Positions 60,279-64,000 of a stretch of DNA of 64,000 nucleotides are shown piece by piece. A program made the position numbers and the translations under genes. The notes under the pieces are model-generated. The model was not told the DNA's origin. It did no database searches and saw only the letters and a list, made by a program, of their open reading frames with translations. The DNA is from an uncultured Gammaproteobacteria bacterium. Its GTDB lineage: Bacteria > Cyanobacteriota > Vampirovibrionia > LMEP-6097. The stretch spans positions 92,495 through 156,494 of the forward strand of contig CAYTKM010000002.1 of the NCBI GenBank assembly GCA_964438425.1. The letters are read 5' to 3'. Each line of letters opens with the position of its first letter. Position 1 is the first letter of the stretch.

Positions 60279-60677
60279 ATGGATATTTCAGGTATCAATA
60301 ATGGTTCGGTAAACACTAATTACAATATTGGTTCATTTCCGAACGTAAAGCCAAACGAAAAGACTGCTGCTGAAGCCACGCCTGCGTCAAAACCTGCAGA
60401 GGTTGACACCGCAGAGATTAACGGCGCTCAGCAAGCTGAAGCCACATACAAGCCAGCTAGAAACGTTACTAAGTTTAACGGATCTCAGCAGCTCGATAGT
60501 GGTCAGTTTAATGTAACTGGTTCAGAAACTACTGCTCAAACCAACCGAGCTAACTTAGTTAATAATTTAACTGAGAGCTTCCAAGCTGGTGGCACAGCTA
60601 ATGTATTAAATGCTCTTAATTTTAATGCAACTGAACTTTCAAGTAACACTGGTCTTTTAGCTTCAGTTCTAGGTTAG
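60279..60677 (+). CDS. hypothetical low-complexity Asn/Thr/Ala-rich protein
   Basis: Strong GGGAGGT RBS, 132-aa ORF, own terminator. Confidence 0.75.
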   Translation: MDISGINNGSVNTNYNIGSFPNVKPNEKTAAEATPASKPAEVDTAEINGAQQAEATYKPARNVTKFNGSQQLDSGQFNVTGSETTAQTNRANLVNNLTESFQAGGTANVLNALNFNATELSSNTGLLASVLG

Positions 60678-60718
60678 TAATCTAGCTGAAGCTCGGCTTT
60701 AGGATATAAGATAAATTT

Positions 60719-60756
60719 AACTACCAGATGATTTAGTTCATTTGGTAGTTTTTTTT
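60719..60756 (+). terminator. rho-independent terminator
   Basis: AACTACCAGATGA-loop-TCATTTGGTAGTT followed by a T-run. Confidence 0.8.
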
Positions 60757-60996
60757 AAATATATTTAATTAGCTGAATTGATAGTTTTCTTAACTATTTT
60801 ACTTAGCTTATTAAAATGATATAAAAATTTATAATTACTGTCTTCTAGATGAGTATATTAGTTTTAAGATAGTCTAAATAAAGTATAAAGTACTAGACCA
60901 CATACATATTTTAGCTTAGTTAAGATAGCTTTAATTGTGTATATATAGTAAGCAGACGCCATATATGGTGGCTATAACGTGAAATGGTGATACTAT

Positions 60997-61473
60997 ATGT
61001 TTGAAAAACTTTATAAGATTTTAGATGAAGAATATGAAGTCTACCAAAACTTTCTAGATATTTCACGTCGCAAAAAAGAAGCTTTAATGACTAGCGATAT
61101 ACAATCACTGGCTAAGACCGTTGAAGAAGAGAAAAAGTTAAGTCTGAAGCTGATGCAGCTGGAAAATCAGCGTAAAAAAACTTTAGTTAGCTTAGGTTAT
61201 AAACCAGATTCTAAGGTGGCTGAACTGATAAAAACTAATATATCTGGTAGTCGTGACCTTAGTAAGCTTGCTGAGGAACTGAAATCTACTTTAAATAGAT
61301 GCAAAGATGAGCATAATACTAATATGAAACTAGTTAGACAGCTATCTAGCTACGTAAATCAGGTGCAAAAGATCTATACACGTAATAATAAGGCAAACAC
61401 CAACGCTACCTATAATAAAAGTGGTGGGGCTGAGCGTCTAACTAATATTAAACTTGCTGATATGCAAGGTTAA
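60997..61473 (+). CDS. flgN: flagellar export chaperone FlgN
   Basis: L..IL.EE..VYQ..L.IS..KKEAL...DI..L......E......L..LE..R, N..N..L, TY...G. Confidence 0.8.
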   Translation: MFEKLYKILDEEYEVYQNFLDISRRKKEALMTSDIQSLAKTVEEEKKLSLKLMQLENQRKKTLVSLGYKPDSKVAELIKTNISGSRDLSKLAEELKSTLNRCKDEHNTNMKLVRQLSSYVNQVQKIYTRNNKANTNATYNKSGGAERLTNIKLADMQG

Positions 61474-61526
61474 TTAAATCATATACCTGAGTGCAAACTC
61501 TGTTCTGACGGGCATATCATACTAGT

Positions 61527-62393
61527 ATGACTATAGTATTTCTGGTACTTGTATCTGTTTGTGTATTTGGTGGCTTTATGCTTGAGGGCGGTCCCATCAT
61601 GGCGATTGTCTCAGTTTGGCAGGAATATATTATTATTTTCGGTGGTGGTACTTCAATATTTTTAGCGATGTGCCCATCTAAGGTACTAAAGTCAATTATG
61701 GCTAATATTGGCAGACCCTTTAAAGACAGCCCTTATAATACTGAAGCCTTTTCAGAAGCTTTGCAGATGATGTATGAATGTTTTATAAATCTAAAGCGTG
61801 GTGGTATGTTGAGTCTGGAAAAAGACGTATCCGAACCATCTTCAAGTTCGATCTTTACTAAATACCCTTCTTTTGTAAATAATCATCATGCGGTGCACTT
61901 TTTCTGTGATTCACTGAAGCTGGTTATTAACTATAATTCTAAACCCGATGAAATTGAAACTGCTTTAAATGCTGAGATAGATGCTCACCATGCTGAAGGT
62001 GCGATTGCGCCAGGTGCGATTAACAGGATCGCTGATGCTATGCCAGCTGTAGGTATTTGTGCTGCGGTACTCGGGGTTATTATTGCGATGGCACATATCG
62101 ATGGTCCACCAGCTGAGCTTGGTCACAAGGTATCAGCGGCGCTAACTGGTACTTTACTAGGTATTTTAGCTGCTTATGGTTATTATCAGCCGATAGCCCA
62201 GCATATTGAATATTTAAACATGGATGAAAGTCAGTATTATGAAATGCTAAAAAATGGTTTACTATCTTATTTAAATGGCGCAGAACCGATAGCTGCTGTC
62301 GAAATCGGTAGACGTGGTATTTTTCATTATAATAGACCAGATGGTACAACTCTTGAAGATACTTTAATGAGTATCAAGCCACGCGCTAAGTAA
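61527..62393 (+). CDS. motA: flagellar motor stator protein MotA
   Basis: VFGGFMLEGG, EYIIIFGG, G.LSLEKDV..P..S.IF.KYP, ADAMPAVGICAAVLGVI, AALTGTLLGIL.AYG, AVEIGR. Confidence 0.95.
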   Translation: MTIVFLVLVSVCVFGGFMLEGGPIMAIVSVWQEYIIIFGGGTSIFLAMCPSKVLKSIMANIGRPFKDSPYNTEAFSEALQMMYECFINLKRGGMLSLEKDVSEPSSSSIFTKYPSFVNNHHAVHFFCDSLKLVINYNSKPDEIETALNAEIDAHHAEGAIAPGAINRIADAMPAVGICAAVLGVIIAMAHIDGPPAELGHKVSAALTGTLLGILAAYGYYQPIAQHIEYLNMDESQYYEMLKNGLLSYLNGAEPIAAVEIGRRGIFHYNRPDGTTLEDTLMSIKPRAK

Positions 62394-62472
62394 ATTTAAA
62401 ACAAGTGCTTGTGTGGCTACTGCTAATAAGTATTTAAAATATTAATTAAAAAGGGTAAACTTGTAAATAGGA

Positions 62473-62826
62473 ATGCCTAAATTTTGTTCAAGTAAATTTT
62501 TAATCGCACTATTTGTCGCTTTCGGGCTGACGGTAGTGCTATTAATTTCTAATATCATACTTAGTAATTTAAATATTAAACTTAAACAGGATATCAGGTC
62601 TCTTAAAATTGAACAGGAAAACCTTAAAGTGGACTTGATGAAAGCTAGTAACATTAACACTTTAAATAAAAAAGCACTGGCTTATAATCTAGTTGCGATC
62701 AGCACTGAAAACAGCTATAAAATTCATTCAGAAAGCTTAAGTACGGTTAGACTCGATGATACGACCCTGGTCGATAAATTTAAAAACTATTTTAAAGCGC
62801 AGCGTAATGTGCTGGCGGCGTACTAG
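62473..62826 (+). CDS. small bitopic membrane protein, FtsL-like
   Basis: Single TM followed by a coiled coil and I..L.KKA..YNL. Confidence 0.45.
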   Translation: MPKFCSSKFLIALFVAFGLTVVLLISNIILSNLNIKLKQDIRSLKIEQENLKVDLMKASNINTLNKKALAYNLVAISTENSYKIHSESLSTVRLDDTTLVDKFKNYFKAQRNVLAAY

Positions 62827-62945
62827 CAAGCTGCCCTGAAGTTAAATCTCTAGCAAGCCTATCTTTATGCAGCTCAGCAAAAAACTAAGCTTGTTAGTTA
62901 AGATATGTAAGATATTTTTCGCAAACTTTAATGTTAATCAATTAA

Positions 62946-64000
62946 TTAAACTTTAGCTGCCAGCTTCAGACTTTTAGCAGCTTTGATCAAACCTAAAAAC
63001 AGTGGGTGCGGTCTAGTCGGTCTAGATTTAAATTCTGGGTGAAACTGACAAGCCATTAGATAAGGGTGATCTTTAAGCTCTACCATTTCAACTAAACTGT
63101 CATCTGGTGAAGTGCCTGAAACTACTAAACCTTTTTCTTCAACAGTATCTCTAAATGAATTATTAAATTCATATCTGTGTCTATGTCTTTCGAAGATTAG
63201 ACCATTATGATCAATAGCATTACTTTCTTGATATGTTTTTTCAGCAAGCGAAGCTGACTTTAACTTACAAGGATAAGCGCCTAGACGCATAGTGCCACCT
63301 TTACTAGTAACATTTACCTGCTCGTTCATCAGGTGAATCACAGGGCTTGGAGTCTTTTTATTAAATTCGATACTGTTAGCATCCTCTAAATCTAAAACAT
63401 TACGTGCAAATTCAATCACCACACATTGCAAACCTAAACATAAACCTAAAAGAGGTACTTTATTTAAACGCGCATATTTAATCGCGTTAAGTTTACCTTC
63501 GACACCTCGATCTCCAAAACCACCAGGTATGCAAATCGCATCATAATCTTGCAAATGCTCTTTAGCTTTTTCATCGCTAGTTAGATCATCAGAAAGAATC
63601 ATATCGATAGTAAACTTACATTCAAGTTCGGCGCAGGCATGTCTCAGTGACTCTACTACTGAAATATATGAATCACTTAATTTAACATACTTACCGACTA
63701 AAGCTACTTTAACTTCCAGGTTATTATTAGCAGTTATTTTATCTACTGTATGTTGCCAGCTACTTAAATCAGCTCCTTGATCTTCTAAAGATAGTTCTTC
63801 TAAGACTCTAGTAGCGAAGTCCTGCTTTTCAAGCATTAAAGGCACTTCATAGATGCTTTTACAATCCATGCTTTGGATAATGTTTTCAAGTGGCACATCA
63901 GTAAAAAGGCTTAATTTCTGGCGCATGCCTGCTGCGACCTCACGATCAGCTCTTAAAACTAAAATATTTGGTTGAATACCTTTAGATCTAAGTTCCTGCA
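62946..64000 (-). CDS. pyrG: CTP synthase, C-terminal part (truncated at window edge)
   Basis: VGKYVKLSDSYISV.ESL, PGGFGDRG.EGK, GLCLGLQ, GGTMRLG, ERHRHRYE, QFHPEFKSRP. Frame continues to the window end (ELRSKGIQPNILV). Confidence 0.98.
   Translation of the reverse strand, partial: QELRSKGIQPNILVLRADREVAAGMRQKLSLFTDVPLENIIQSMDCKSIYEVPLMLEKQDFATRVLEELSLEDQGADLSSWQHTVDKITANNNLEVKVALVGKYVKLSDSYISVVESLRHACAELECKFTIDMILSDDLTSDEKAKEHLQDYDAICIPGGFGDRGVEGKLNAIKYARLNKVPLLGLCLGLQCVVIEFARNVLDLEDANSIEFNKKTPSPVIHLMNEQVNVTSKGGTMRLGAYPCKLKSASLAEKTYQESNAIDHNGLIFERHRHRYEFNNSFRDTVEEKGLVVSGTSPDDSLVEMVELKDHPYLMACQFHPEFKSRPTRPHPLFLGLIKAAKSLKLAAKV

Noticed and set aside
61474-61526. c-di-GMP riboswitch upstream of motA
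   Set aside because: GCAAA and GACG words are present, but the region is too short and lacks the two-stem GEMM architecture.

Overview
AT-rich bacterial chromosomal segment. It is probably from a non-photosynthetic cyanobacterial relative (Vampirovibrionia/Melainabacteria-like); this is inferred from cyanobacteria-like housekeeping proteins combined with Kdo/LPS and flagellar genes and no photosynthesis genes. Housekeeping genes (kdsC, rpsF, ssb, radA, rpmG, mrp, secF, coaE, ilvC, nadD, proA, tlyA, ruvB, kdsD, tsaB, pyrG) alternate with scattered flagellar genes (flhA, fliL-fliM, flgBC, flgN-motA) and many large orphan proteins lacking signal peptides. I found no rRNA, tRNA, CRISPR array, integrase or transposase. 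Main observations: (1) three separate intergenic arrays, each of four palindromic TTTAGAA-N5-TTCTAAA boxes at a 30-bp period with unrelated linkers; (2) a DoxX/peptide/DUF692 (MNIO)/DUF2063 RiPP-type operon whose candidate precursor is a Met/His/acidic lipopeptide with no core Cys, and whose MNIO has DTR in place of the usual DTH iron-ligand motif; (3) a 1664-bp cassette carrying an AAA_14-DUF4143 ATPase/nuclease gene and a 23-bp-period upstream array, bounded by a 154-bp direct repeat of the flgC 3' end plus terminator; (4) strong apparent over-representation of GCGCGC, like a HIP element; (5) effector-like orphans, including a tandem paralog pair, a PD-(D/E)XK giant protein, a HAD-like protein and a frameshifted ankyrin-like gene. 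All family assignments are by motif recognition, not database search.
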